DNA of 64,000 bases, from contig JAPDJH010000002.1 in assembly GCA_029259175.1 (NCBI GenBank), positions 96,001 to 160,000 on the forward strand, read 5' to 3'. Position 1 is the first letter of the stretch. Each line of letters opens with the position of its first letter. Made by a program: the position numbers and the translations under genes. The DNA is from Hadesarchaea archaeon. GTDB lineage: Archaea; Hadarchaeota; Hadarchaeia; Hadarchaeales; Hadarchaeaceae. Below the pieces are notes generated by a model, which saw only the letters and a list, made by a program, of their open reading frames with translations, had not been told where the DNA came from and did not search any database. Positions 17,523-27,732 of the stretch are shown piece after piece.

Positions 17523-18543
17523 AGAAAGGGGTGCACACGAAGTCCCGCTGATAGTGATTTTTGGAGTTTTCCTAGCGTTTCTGCTTATGCTGATTTTTGT
17601 CAATGTTTACTCACAGCAGGCAGGGGCGCGCGTCGACGAAGAAGCCAATTCATTGCTTGAGCAGTTGTCTCAAACCGTCTTCCAGTCTTTTTCTACCCAA
17701 ACTGTCTCATCAGTGCAACTTCCGCTCACTTTGGGTGGGTGCCAGTACGTGCTAGAGGTAGTTGATAACTCCAATTTGATTGTCCGTATCCTTTCCGGGC
17801 TACGAGCTGGTTCGGAGTACATCATAATCAGCCAGATTCCTCTTTCCCCCGACAACTCAGCCTATCAGCCGGGAACCACGCTTTATTTTGGATCTTCCGA
17901 CTCTTCTGTCCTCTTGTCCCAGAAACCAATCGAGATAACAGAATCTGAGTCACCTCAGTTTGCTGGAACACCTCCTCCGGAGTTTTACTATTTCGCCAAG
18001 AAACATCCGGTGGAGGCGGCGAGCATTCTCGAAGCGTTTTTCGTTGTTCGCGAGAATCTTGAGGTAGCAGATGCTTCCAGATATGCTTACGAGGAAAACT
18101 CCGTGCTGGTTGAATTGAGGTTGGAGAATGATGATACTCTTCTGGTAAAAGCGAAGCTAGTTCTTGATACTATGAAAGTCGGTGCCGTGGAAAATGCTGT
18201 TGTGGTTTCGGCCGTGGAATCTCACGCAGGGGAACAAGGAGAGCTAGTGGGGTGTCCGTCCGTGGATAATGCTTGGATGTCTGGATGGGTCTATTCACCG
18301 TCCGAGGTCCTCGCGCACTTGAGTTCCAGAACGTGGAAAAATGAGAACGATGTGGCGGTGTCCCTTTCTTCTGATGCACGCGTCTCAGCGGCAGCGGTCA
18401 CCACTAATGTTGGTCAGTACCCCGCTTGGCGCGTCGAGTCTCCCCCGTACGTGATTTATTATAGAGCCATGCCGTGGTGGGAGCTGGAAAATGAGCCCGG
18501 CTTTCTTTTCCAATCCTATCCTCCGCTGGAACCAGTAATTTAG
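17512..18543 (+). CDS. Hypothetical protein with a class III (pilin-like) signal peptide
   Basis: EERG/AHEVPLIVIFGVFLAFLLMLIFV N-terminus. Confidence 0.55.
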   Translation: MLGEERGAHEVPLIVIFGVFLAFLLMLIFVNVYSQQAGARVDEEANSLLEQLSQTVFQSFSTQTVSSVQLPLTLGGCQYVLEVVDNSNLIVRILSGLRAGSEYIIISQIPLSPDNSAYQPGTTLYFGSSDSSVLLSQKPIEITESESPQFAGTPPPEFYYFAKKHPVEAASILEAFFVVRENLEVADASRYAYEENSVLVELRLENDDTLLVKAKLVLDTMKVGAVENAVVVSAVESHAGEQGELVGCPSVDNAWMSGWVYSPSEVLAHLSSRTWKNENDVAVSLSSDARVSAAAVTTNVGQYPAWRVESPPYVIYYRAMPWWELENEPGFLFQSYPPLEPVI

Positions 18544-19748
18544 AATAGTTCTACTTCTACACTCTCTCCCTTACGCAGTCCTTCTATATTCTCTGGTATT
18601 AGCACAAAACCATCCGCGTTTACTAAAGAACTCAGAATTCCAGAACCAGTGATCCTCATCGGCTCAGCCAAGACTTGCTTACCAGCTTTTCGAATCTTTA
18701 CTCGCAAGATGTCCGTTCTTCCCACTGTTGATCCTACATCGCTTGTTAGAAGTGCTTTGACTGTTTTCTTCCCATACTGAGGAGGAAGACCGCGGAGTTT
18801 CATAATGACTGGCTTCACAAATACATGAAAGGCAAGCAACGAGGCAACGGGGAAGCCGGGCAAACAAAAAACGGGCATGCCTTCGATCAATCCAAAGGCA
18901 GTTGGCGATGCGGGGCGCATAGAGACCCCATGAAAAATAAGCTTTCCTAATCTTTGAACACATTCTGGGGCATAGTCCCTCTTACCGACCGAAGTGCCAC
19001 CCGAGATGATTATCAAGTCACATTCGGTTATTCGTAGGAGCTCTTTTTCGAGCAGCTTGGGATCATCCGAAACCCTTTTCATCGAGACAAGATGTGCTCC
19101 ACACTCGCTCACCGCGCTGGAAAGAGAATAACTGTTCACATCGATCGTTTTGTTTTTTTCGACTTTCCACGGAGAGACTAGTTCATCGCCGGTCGTTATA
19201 AGAGACACTCGGGGCAGTGGGTGAACCCTGACTTTGAGTTTCCGAAGCTGAGCTAGCATCCCGATTTCCTGTGGACGAAGCAAAGTCCCCGCTCTCATGA
19301 TCAGCTCCCCCTTTTTCACATCCTCTCCTTTTCTGGACACATTCCTTCCGGGAGCTAGTGGTCTGAGAACTTGAAGGATATCACCTCGTACTATTGTATG
19401 TTCCAGCATTACCACTGCATCCGCGCCAGAAGGAAGAGGATCTCCCGTCGTTACTTCCATGGCTTCTCCCTTTTTCAGTCTTTTTCTTTTGCTGGCTATT
19501 CTGAGCACTGCGGGCTTGTTTTGACTTGCCCTATAGGTGTCCGAAGCTCTGACAGCATATCCGTCTACAGCTGATCTATCAAATGAGGGAACATCTTCTG
19601 TCGCGACGATGTCTTCAGCCAATACGAGCCCATGCGCATTATGAAAGACCACTGAGTGAGGGGGGAGAGGGCTCACGTGGGAAAGCGCGTTCTTTAAGGC
19701 AACAGAGAAGGGAATGTATTCTTGGAATCCTTTTCCTCGTACCTTCAT
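18540..19748 (-). CDS. moeA: Molybdopterin molybdenumtransferase MoeA
   Basis: FDRSAVDGYAV, TGDPLP.GADAVV, TTGDEL, SGGTSVG.RD, LPGFP. Confidence 0.95.
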   Translation of the reverse strand: MKVRGKGFQEYIPFSVALKNALSHVSPLPPHSVVFHNAHGLVLAEDIVATEDVPSFDRSAVDGYAVRASDTYRASQNKPAVLRIASKRKRLKKGEAMEVTTGDPLPSGADAVVMLEHTIVRGDILQVLRPLAPGRNVSRKGEDVKKGELIMRAGTLLRPQEIGMLAQLRKLKVRVHPLPRVSLITTGDELVSPWKVEKNKTIDVNSYSLSSAVSECGAHLVSMKRVSDDPKLLEKELLRITECDLIIISGGTSVGKRDYAPECVQRLGKLIFHGVSMRPASPTAFGLIEGMPVFCLPGFPVASLLAFHVFVKPVIMKLRGLPPQYGKKTVKALLTSDVGSTVGRTDILRVKIRKAGKQVLAEPMRITGSGILSSLVNADGFVLIPENIEGLRKGESVEVELF

Positions 19749-20258
19749 CTACTCACGCGCGTGTTTTACTAAATGTGGAAGCTCTGGGGCTATGATCCGC
19801 ATAGCGATTTTAACGGCATTGGGAGCACCGGGAAGACAAAAGATCAACCGCCCTTGGAAAACCCCTGCAGTCGCTCTCGTGAGCAGGGCGGGGGCACCGA
19901 CTTTTTCATAACCGATTCTTCTTAACACTTCTCCAAAGCCCGGGAGCGTTTTTTCCAATTGAGGTTCGATGGCTTCTATGGTTATATCCCGACGTGTTAT
20001 TCCCGTTCCTCCGGTGAAGATTATCACGTGTTTTTTCTTAATCATTCGTTTGAGAGCTCGCAAAATTTTCTTTTTGCTGTCGGGGACGACAACGCGTTCT
20101 GTTTGATGCCCCCTGCGCTGCAACAAATCCACAATGATTTTTCCTGAGACGTCCGTATCCCTCCCTTTTTTCATGGACTCGTATCGAGAATCACTAACCA
20201 CCACAACCCCGATTTTGAGACGTTTTGGTGCCTCCTTCCTGTGTTTTTGGAAACTCAT
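19749..20258 (-). CDS. moaB: Molybdenum cofactor biosynthesis protein MoaB/MogA
   Basis: VSDSR, DVSG, TGGTGITRRDIT, PGFGE, LPGAP. Confidence 0.93.
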   Translation of the reverse strand: MSFQKHRKEAPKRLKIGVVVVSDSRYESMKKGRDTDVSGKIIVDLLQRRGHQTERVVVPDSKKKILRALKRMIKKKHVIIFTGGTGITRRDITIEAIEPQLEKTLPGFGEVLRRIGYEKVGAPALLTRATAGVFQGRLIFCLPGAPNAVKIAMRIIAPELPHLVKHARE

Positions 20259-20692
20259 TGCTTCACCTTTTCTACGACTTTAATTTCTCTGATCGCCGTG
20301 GTGGGATATTGGCCCTGCTCATTCTTTTCCAATCCTTTGGTCATATCCCAAATCGTGAGCAAACCTATGGCGACACCCGTTAGCGCTTCCATTTCCACAC
20401 CAGTTTTCCCAATGCTTTTTACTTCCACTTCCATCTCCACACCATCGTCCAGCAGAGATGTTCGAACGTTCACTCCGGTAATGTGTATGGGGTGTGTCAG
20501 CGGGATAAGTTCCGGAACTTTTTTTACAGCTAAAATAGCCGACGTTTTTGCAACACCTAGAACATCTCCTTTCGGAACTTTTCCTTCAGATATCAGCTTC
20601 ACAGTTTCAGGCTTGAGCTTGATGAAACCTTTGGCTCTAGCAATCCTCACTACATCTCTTTTATCACTTATGTCGATCATCTGAATCTTCAT
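20255..20692 (-). CDS. moaC: Cyclic pyranopterin monophosphate synthase MoaC
   Basis: MIDISDK, KGDVL, LIPLTHP, TGVEMEAL, IWDMTK. Confidence 0.96.
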   Translation of the reverse strand: MKIQMIDISDKRDVVRIARAKGFIKLKPETVKLISEGKVPKGDVLGVAKTSAILAVKKVPELIPLTHPIHITGVNVRTSLLDDGVEMEVEVKSIGKTGVEMEALTGVAIGLLTIWDMTKGLEKNEQGQYPTTAIREIKVVEKVKQ

Positions 20693-20704
20693 GGGCTCAC
20701 AAAT

Positions 20705-20989
20705 TTAGTAATACATGCAGTTGGTCAAAAATTCTTCGATTGGACACCAAGCTTGTACTCTTCCAATACGCGTTCGCTTGACCTTTCCCCAAGATTCGAG
20801 AGTTTTCAAAACTTGATTGACTTCTCTGACTCTCCAGTTTAGCACGCGCGCGATATCGCGGCTTCTCATTACTCCATATCGGCGCAATATGAACTCAACA
20901 ATTTCGTGGCGCGCACGCTCTAACCATTCTTCCCCATCCATCTCCATTTCAATGTCTTCTTCGTACCCCAGCGGCTGGATGCCGACCAC
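20705..20989 (-). CDS. Winged-helix DNA-binding protein
   Basis: SRDIARVLNW..REVNQVLKTLESWGKV HTH-wing pattern. Confidence 0.7.
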   Translation of the reverse strand: MVGIQPLGYEEDIEMEMDGEEWLERARHEIVEFILRRYGVMRSRDIARVLNWRVREVNQVLKTLESWGKVKRTRIGRVQAWCPIEEFLTNCMYY

Positions 20990-21030
20990 CTAATTGATGT
21001 GATGACAGGGGATAAAATAAGATTTTTGGT

Positions 21031-21453
21031 TTACCGCAGTTTTATGATCGACTTTGCGAGTTCTGCCATGTGTTTGAAATGCTCCTGAGTGAGTGGTGCG
21101 CCGAGGCCGATGCCTGGACAGTCTTCCGAGACTTCAAACACTAGACCACCGTCATTTTTTGATACCAAGAATGGGTATAATCGACAAACGGTGGGACGTA
21201 TATCATATATCTGGCATGCTTTGTTTTTCAAGAAAATACATACTCCGTTGCGTTTTTTCATTTTGTATTTGAAATTGCCCAAGCCCGAGATAGGCGACGC
21301 AAATTCCAGTGGTTTTAAACCGGTTTTCTTTGATATTTTTTTGACCTCGCTTTCCAACAAATAGATGATGCGGCCACGATGAGGAGTATCTCCACAACAT
21401 CGGGCGCAACGCTGGCACTCAAATCGCACGTTTTTCGGCGCGCGAATGTTCAT
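21031..21453 (-). CDS. YkgJ-family cysteine-cluster protein (CxxCxxCC)
   Basis: FECQRCARCC, CIFL, CQIYDIRPTVCRLYPF, CPGIG. Confidence 0.9.
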   Translation of the reverse strand: MNIRAPKNVRFECQRCARCCGDTPHRGRIIYLLESEVKKISKKTGLKPLEFASPISGLGNFKYKMKKRNGVCIFLKNKACQIYDIRPTVCRLYPFLVSKNDGGLVFEVSEDCPGIGLGAPLTQEHFKHMAELAKSIIKLR

Positions 21454-21562
21454 AGCACCTATCTTTTTTTTGTTTTCATCGTTTTTATACTCGTAGCCAA
21501 CACTCGTTTTTGCTCGTTAATGTATTTTTTAAGGCATTCAATCTAAAAGTAGTTGAGAGAAC

Positions 21563-21793
21563 ATGCAGGTGATAGTGTATATCCGCACGGAGCCGGGCAA
21601 GGCGCTAGACATTTTGGGAAAAATAAAAGGTCTGCCGGGTGTGAAATTCGCCGCTGCAACCACCGGTCGCTTTGATATCGTCGCCCGACTAGAAGTCGCT
21701 GATGTGGAAGGAATCGGAAAATCTGTAGTTGGCGAGATCCAGCAAATCCCAGGTGTCCGATATACTGAGACTTCACTGATCGTGGCCACCTGA
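21563..21793 (+). CDS. Stand-alone Lrp/AsnC ligand-binding (RAM) domain protein
   Basis: TGRFDIVA, IQQIPGVRYTETSL. Confidence 0.88.
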   Translation: MQVIVYIRTEPGKALDILGKIKGLPGVKFAAATTGRFDIVARLEVADVEGIGKSVVGEIQQIPGVRYTETSLIVAT

Positions 21794-21846
21794 TTTAAAT
21801 AACTTGGTTCGAGAGAAGTCAGGGGATCGCTCTGACAACAGTCTCC

Positions 21847-22791
21847 TTGGTGAGCAAAGTTGGCCGGGTTAGAGTATACAAGGTCAGCAATCCCGCGCTA
21901 CCCAAGCGGAGTTTTATACTCTCGATTCCATGGGCTCAGCGGATAATTTATGATCCTAGCATATGTGGTCTTAAACTTGAGGACTTGGCGAAAAAATGTA
22001 GTGAAGAATTCCTCCGAGTTGCGTGGGAACTCGTTCCTCTCTTCAGACGATTGAGAAACTTTCAGATTGCCGAGTTGGTGGTTCTTAGGGGAAGTCTGGG
22101 TTATCACTTTGATCAGGCATACCGAGCGGTATTTGGCAGATATTTGCCCCGATGTTTTGTAGGCGCCAAGCGGTATCGAATTTCAGGTGGGGAATTTGGA
22201 GCCAACATCTTTTACACCAATTTTGATTCTCTTCCAAGTCGAGGTCTTTTGTTTACAGGGGACACCATCGCTACGGGGGTCTCACTTTCACAGACTCTTG
22301 CGGTTACGCGGAGCGAACTCAGGAATAGAGATTACGATATTTCTGCCCTGCTCGTTTTCACGATCGCTGGTTCTTTCCGTGGTTGTTCTAGGCTATTAGA
22401 ATGGGAAGAAAGATACCGCGAATGGTGGCCGAACTTCCGTGTGTATTTGTTTGCATGCGAGGCCTTGTTTGGTCTGGCCCCCAATGGGACAGATTTGCTT
22501 TTTGCTCATCCCGAAGCTATTCTGCCAGCAGAGACCAAACAGAGAGTGATTCGAAGATATGGGGACCTTGATTCTGGATACCTGCCAAGCCGGATATGTG
22601 CAATATTCGACTGGGGAGATCGAAACTTCAAACCTGACCGTCACTTGGAAGATCTGATCAAGTTTTGTCGCGAGCATTTGCGCAGAACGCGAGAGCCACA
22701 AGCCAGAAGAGTACTTCAAAAGCTCGTGAGTAAAGCCAAAACCGAGCTCAAAAACATTCGCGGAAGAAACCAGTTATACAAACCGAAGTGA
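21847..22791 (+). CDS. Divergent phosphoribosyltransferase-fold protein (UPRTase-like)
   Basis: VVLRGSLG and PRPP-loop-like FTGDTIATGVSL; DWGDR near the C-terminus. Confidence 0.55.
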   Translation: MVSKVGRVRVYKVSNPALPKRSFILSIPWAQRIIYDPSICGLKLEDLAKKCSEEFLRVAWELVPLFRRLRNFQIAELVVLRGSLGYHFDQAYRAVFGRYLPRCFVGAKRYRISGGEFGANIFYTNFDSLPSRGLLFTGDTIATGVSLSQTLAVTRSELRNRDYDISALLVFTIAGSFRGCSRLLEWEERYREWWPNFRVYLFACEALFGLAPNGTDLLFAHPEAILPAETKQRVIRRYGDLDSGYLPSRICAIFDWGDRNFKPDRHLEDLIKFCREHLRRTREPQARRVLQKLVSKAKTELKNIRGRNQLYKPK

Positions 22792-22828
22792 TTAAAACCA
22801 CGCTTTCTAAACTTTCCTTTTGGTCATA

Positions 22829-25531
22829 ATGAAGCACGAGTTGCCGAAAGATTACGAGCCTCTCAAAGTCGAACCGAAATGGCAGAGAGAGTGGATGGAG
22901 TGGAAGATTTACGAGTTCGATTGGTCTGATCGAACCCGGCCGACTTACGTGATAGACACGCCTCCCCCATATCCGTCCGGCGAATTTCACATGGGAACTG
23001 CTCTGAACTGGACCTACATGGACATTGTTGCTAGGTACAAGCGCATGCGTGGTTACAATGTTTTCTTCCCGCAGGGATGGGATTGTCATGGATTGCCCAC
23101 TGAGGTGCAAGTTGAGAAGAAATACAAAATCAGAAAATCTGATCTGCCTCCAGAGAAGTTTCGAGAACTCTGCGTCAAGCTGACATTAGAGAACATCGAG
23201 CACATGAAAGAGGAAATGAACTCGTTGGGTTTTTCAATCGATTGGTCAACAGAATACAAGACAATGGATCCGGAGTATTATGGTCGAACTCAGCTCTCCT
23301 TTGTGAAATTATATAAGAAGGGTGTTATCTACCGAGGAGAACACCCCGTGAACTGGTGTCCTCGGTGTGAAACTGCGATTGCCGACGCCGAAGTGGAGTA
23401 CGAGGATCGTGAAACGAGATTATACTATATTGACTTTGAGCTGGTCGGTGGCGATAAAATAACTATTGCCACGACTAGACCAGAATTTCTGCCTGCTTGT
23501 GTAGCGATAGCGGTGCACCCCAGCGATGAGCGGTATCGCGGACTGATTGGCAAAAAGGCACGCGTACCACCGTTGGGACAAGAAGTAAAGATAATCTCCG
23601 ATCCTGAAGTAGATCCTGAGTTTGGAACGGGTATTGTGATGATCTGTACATTTGGTGACAAAACCGATGTTAGATGGGTTAAGCGCCACAAGCTCTCGAT
23701 CGTCAAGTTGCTGGACGAGCGAGGGAAAATCACTGAGGCTGGAGGCCCCTATGCAGGCATGGATATAGAAACGTCAAGGCGAAAAATCATAGAAGATTTG
23801 AAGAAAGCAGGACTTGTGAGAAAAGAAGAACCACTTCAGCAAAGTGTTGGTGTGTGCTGGCGTTGCAAGACACCAGTAGAGATTTTATCGAAACCTCAAT
23901 GGTTTATGCGCGTTCTTGATCTCAACGATTTAGCAATCCAGAAGGCAAAGGAGGTCCGCTGGGTTCCATCTCATATGTTAACGAGGTTCGTGGATTGGGC
24001 TCGGTCTATGGACTGGGACTGGGTGATCTCTAGGCAACGTGTATTTGCTACTCCTATCCCGGCTTGGTATTGTAAACAATGTGGAGAGCCATTGGTGGCC
24101 GACGAGCAACATTTGCCCATAACTCCGGGTAAAGATCCGCCTCCTTTTGAGAAATGCCCTCGATGCGGTGGAAAAGAGTTTGAACCAGAACGAGACGTGT
24201 TGGATACTTGGATGGATAGCTCCATCACGATTGCTGTTCATGCTGGTTGGCCCAATATGGATTCGCGGTTGTTTCCAGCCGATTTGCAGCCCAATGGTAC
24301 AGACATCATTCGAACTTGGGATTATTACCTGATGGTTCGACACCTTGCCTTGCTTGGTGAGGCGCCTTATCGCACGGTCTTGATAAACGGAATGGTAGTT
24401 GGAGATGACGGACGAAAGATGTCAAAGTCTCTCGGCAATTACGTGGATACTACTTACGCACGAGGAAAGTGGGGCGCTGACGCGCTGAGGCAGTGGGCGG
24501 TTATTGCTGCCTCGACGGGTGCCGATGTTCCATTCAATTGGAAAGACGTTGAATTTGGACACAGATTCATGCGCAAGTTCTGGAACGCGGCGAGATTTGC
24601 TTACCCTTATCTAGAGGGCGCATCGAAGCTCAAGCTGGAAAAGGTGAAACTCCGTTTGGTCGATCGATGGATTCTCAGTAGATACAATCGATTGGTGAAA
24701 GAGGTCACCGAACATCTTGAAAACTTCGAGTTCAACCATGCGTTACGGAAGATTCACACCTTTGTGTGGCACGAACTATGTGACATGTATATCGAAGAAG
24801 TAAAACATCGTCTGTACGAATCCGCTGAGGACTCGGATGGGGCGCGGGCCGTGCTTTACCATGTAATATTAGGATGCGTACAGATGCTGGCTCCCTTCAT
24901 ACCCCACTTCGCTGAGGAAGTTTTTCAACAAGTTTTCAAGCGCGAGGAAGTATTTGCCTCTATTCAGAGTGTCCACCTATTGTCTTGGCCTTCTTATGAT
25001 GAGAAATGGATTGACAAGCAGACGGAGCGGGCTGGAAAACTTCTTAACTCCGTGGTTTCGGCCGTGCGACAATTGAAAGCCAAAAAACGTTTATCGTTGG
25101 TTCATCCCGTGGAGGAGCTGCAAATTCACACTCCTGACCCCTCCTTGCGAAAGATCATTGATGAGTTGGAGAAGGATATCTGCGGAACTCTCAAAGTTGG
25201 CAAGCTCATCTACTTAGAAACGGCTCCGGCAATCGAGCACACCATCCAGTCGGTTAGCCTAAACTATGCAACGGTTGGACCAAAGTATCGTGGCAAGCTG
25301 AAAATGCTCGAACACGAGTTGCAAAAGCTGACTCCCCAAGAAATTGTTGAAAAAATTAAAGATGGAAAATTGGTTCTGCAAGCGGCTGGAGAAATTTTCG
25401 AGCTTGGGGTTGACGACTTGATAATAAACAGAGAGGTAAGAGTCAAAGAGAAAGATGTCGACGTGGTTGAGACAATAGGTTTTCCGATTGTACTTATCGT
25501 TAGATTAAGTGCCACCGCTTCGAAGAATTGA
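22829..25531 (+). CDS. valS: Valine-tRNA ligase
   Basis: DTPPPYPSG-HMGT (HIGH variant), GWDCHGLP, DWVISRQR, KMSKS. Confidence 0.97.
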   Translation: MKHELPKDYEPLKVEPKWQREWMEWKIYEFDWSDRTRPTYVIDTPPPYPSGEFHMGTALNWTYMDIVARYKRMRGYNVFFPQGWDCHGLPTEVQVEKKYKIRKSDLPPEKFRELCVKLTLENIEHMKEEMNSLGFSIDWSTEYKTMDPEYYGRTQLSFVKLYKKGVIYRGEHPVNWCPRCETAIADAEVEYEDRETRLYYIDFELVGGDKITIATTRPEFLPACVAIAVHPSDERYRGLIGKKARVPPLGQEVKIISDPEVDPEFGTGIVMICTFGDKTDVRWVKRHKLSIVKLLDERGKITEAGGPYAGMDIETSRRKIIEDLKKAGLVRKEEPLQQSVGVCWRCKTPVEILSKPQWFMRVLDLNDLAIQKAKEVRWVPSHMLTRFVDWARSMDWDWVISRQRVFATPIPAWYCKQCGEPLVADEQHLPITPGKDPPPFEKCPRCGGKEFEPERDVLDTWMDSSITIAVHAGWPNMDSRLFPADLQPNGTDIIRTWDYYLMVRHLALLGEAPYRTVLINGMVVGDDGRKMSKSLGNYVDTTYARGKWGADALRQWAVIAASTGADVPFNWKDVEFGHRFMRKFWNAARFAYPYLEGASKLKLEKVKLRLVDRWILSRYNRLVKEVTEHLENFEFNHALRKIHTFVWHELCDMYIEEVKHRLYESAEDSDGARAVLYHVILGCVQMLAPFIPHFAEEVFQQVFKREEVFASIQSVHLLSWPSYDEKWIDKQTERAGKLLNSVVSAVRQLKAKKRLSLVHPVEELQIHTPDPSLRKIIDELEKDICGTLKVGKLIYLETAPAIEHTIQSVSLNYATVGPKYRGKLKMLEHELQKLTPQEIVEKIKDGKLVLQAAGEIFELGVDDLIINREVRVKEKDVDVVETIGFPIVLIVRLSATASKN

Positions 25532-25705
25532 AACAAGCATCAATACTAAAACGAAAGTGAGTAAAAGCAGGATGTTTAGAATTCGTGTTTTTCGCAACTT
25601 GGCTTGTTGCCGTTTGAAAATTTCTTCACAGGAAGGAGAACATATGTATTTTTCTGGCGGCGTGGGTTTGCCGCAAACAATGCAGTGTCTGTGATCTTCA
25701 ACCAT
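25505..25705 (-). CDS. DUF2116-family Zn-ribbon membrane protein
   Basis: HRHCIVCGKP...CSPSC plus a C-terminal TM helix. Confidence 0.88.
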   Translation of the reverse strand: MVEDHRHCIVCGKPTPPEKYICSPSCEEIFKRQQAKLRKTRILNILLLLTFVLVLMLVSILRSGGT

Positions 25706-26397
25706 TATTTCACCGGCTCTACGGTTGTTCCTGAATGTGAAGCACCTGCGACGATTTCAGGTAGTCTCGGCACATCGGTTGCTGGCAACACAAAAGTTTT
25801 CAACTTGTATCTGTCTATCAGCTTGACGGCAATGGGATCAAGAACTATTTTTATGCCCGGTTTTTGACGAACATGACCAAACATTTTGACGAGTTCTTTC
25901 GTGGTAAGGCGCAGAATTTTTTGCGCCTCGGGGTTCGTTTTCGGATCAGCGGTGTATATCCCATCTACGTCGGTGATAAATATCAAAAGCTCCGATCCGC
26001 TTGCATTGGCGAGGAGCGCTGCGACGGCGTCAGTTGTTTGACCGGGAGCAGTACCTCCCATCACAGGGATTTTACCATGCATGGCTTGTTCAAGCGCAGC
26101 TTCTATGGTGGTAGGGACTTCTCTCCCAATTTCGCTACCCAGCAGGAGTGAGAGAAGCTTGGCATTTAGCCGCGTCGTCCATATGCCGATTTCGTCCAAA
26201 AGACTGGAAGACAAGTGAAGTTTTTTTCCAGCCTCCATATATTTTCGAGCAGTTTCTCCTCCTCCAACGACCACGTAAACCAAGTGCCCTTGACGTTTCA
26301 GGGTCTTCACAGCGCTAGCGATCTCTGAAAGTAATTTTACATCGAGTTCTCCATTTTTGGCGAGAATCGAGCCACCGATGTTTAGGGTAATCCGCAT
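25705..26397 (-). CDS. pyrH: Uridylate kinase (archaeal)
   Basis: IGGS, VVGGGETAR, DEIGI, PGQTTDAVAA, DVDGIYTADP; start trimmed to ATG 26397. Confidence 0.95.
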   Translation of the reverse strand: MRITLNIGGSILAKNGELDVKLLSEIASAVKTLKRQGHLVYVVVGGGETARKYMEAGKKLHLSSSLLDEIGIWTTRLNAKLLSLLLGSEIGREVPTTIEAALEQAMHGKIPVMGGTAPGQTTDAVAALLANASGSELLIFITDVDGIYTADPKTNPEAQKILRLTTKELVKMFGHVRQKPGIKIVLDPIAVKLIDRYKLKTFVLPATDVPRLPEIVAGASHSGTTVEPVK

Positions 26398-26478
26398 TGT
26401 CTCCTCTCTTCTCTGATTTCCGCATATAAAAATCCTTGATGTTTTTAACCGTTGAATAAAGAGGTATTCCCGATTGGT

Positions 26479-27732
26479 ATGCCCGCCGACTCCAAAACGA
26501 TGTATCACTTCCGAAAAATGCTCGAGGAGCTAGAGAGTAAGAAGGGACGAGGCACCGAGCTTATTTCAGTTTATATTCCTCCGGATTTCGAGCTAGCCAA
26601 AGTTTTACAGCAACTTCGTGAGGAACAAGGAACCGCTGCGAACATCAAGTCTAAATCTACCAGAAAAAACGTGCAAGGCGCTCTCGAGCGAATTATTCAG
26701 TTTCTCCAAGCATATATGCGGACCAACAAAAAACCACCCAAGAACGGGCTGGCGATTTTTGCCGGCAATGTAGCGGGGAGAGATGATTACGTGGATATCC
26801 AGCTCTATTGGATCGAGCCTCCGGAGCCCGTGAGAGTCCGGATGTATCGGTGTGATCAGCAATTCGTCTTGGATCCTCTCAAGGAAATGCTAGAAGTAAA
26901 AGAAACCGTCGGTGTGGTGGCGATCGATGGGAAGGAAGCCACCATCGCGACCGTGAGAGGGAAAAATATTGACATCGAGCGCTCTTTGACGTCGGGGGTT
27001 CCTAGCAAGCACGGCAAGGGTGGACAATCCGCTAGGCGATTTGAACGCTTAAGGGAAATCGCAATTCATGAATACTTTAAGCGAGTCGCTGAGGCCATGA
27101 ACTCCATATTTTCGAACATTCCTGATCTGAAGGCAATTCTTGTGGGTGGTCCTGGTCCAACGAAAGAGGATTTTCTGAAAGAAGAATTGCTTCATCCAAA
27201 TATTCGAGAAAAGATAATTGGAGTAATCGACACTGGATATGCGGACGAACAAGGAATAAAAGAAATCGTGAACAAAGCGGGAGAAATACTCGGCGAGCTA
27301 GAAATCATGAAAGAGAAGAATTTGATGCAGAAGTTTTTGCAGGAACTGGTTATTGGATCTGGATTGGCTGTTTTTGGTGAAGAAGAAGTTCGGAAAGCTC
27401 TAGAAGTTGGTGCCGTTGATCGATTATTAATCTCTGAAGCTTATGGAGAGACGCGAGCGCAATTGAAGTGTATGGGGTGTGGTTACGAATTCGAGCAACG
27501 TACCAAGAATTTCAAGATATTTCAGCAACAACTTCCAATGAAAGCTTGTCCCAAATGTGGTGAAAAAAAGCTAACCATTGTGGGAGCTCATGATATCGTC
27601 GAGGAGTTTCTCGAAATGGCGGAGCAAAAGGGTTCAAAAGTGGAGTTCATCTCGACCCAAACAGAGGAAGGCAAACAACTTCAGCTAGGTTTTAAAGGAA
27701 TAGCGGCGATCTTGCGGTTCAAGCCGGGCTAA
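26479..27732 (+). CDS. prf1: Peptide chain release factor aRF1
   Basis: GTELISVYIPP, NIKS, YRCD, GGQSARRF, Zn-finger insert, GIAAILRF. Confidence 0.98.
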   Translation: MPADSKTMYHFRKMLEELESKKGRGTELISVYIPPDFELAKVLQQLREEQGTAANIKSKSTRKNVQGALERIIQFLQAYMRTNKKPPKNGLAIFAGNVAGRDDYVDIQLYWIEPPEPVRVRMYRCDQQFVLDPLKEMLEVKETVGVVAIDGKEATIATVRGKNIDIERSLTSGVPSKHGKGGQSARRFERLREIAIHEYFKRVAEAMNSIFSNIPDLKAILVGGPGPTKEDFLKEELLHPNIREKIIGVIDTGYADEQGIKEIVNKAGEILGELEIMKEKNLMQKFLQELVIGSGLAVFGEEEVRKALEVGAVDRLLISEAYGETRAQLKCMGCGYEFEQRTKNFKIFQQQLPMKACPKCGEKKLTIVGAHDIVEEFLEMAEQKGSKVEFISTQTEEGKQLQLGFKGIAAILRFKPG

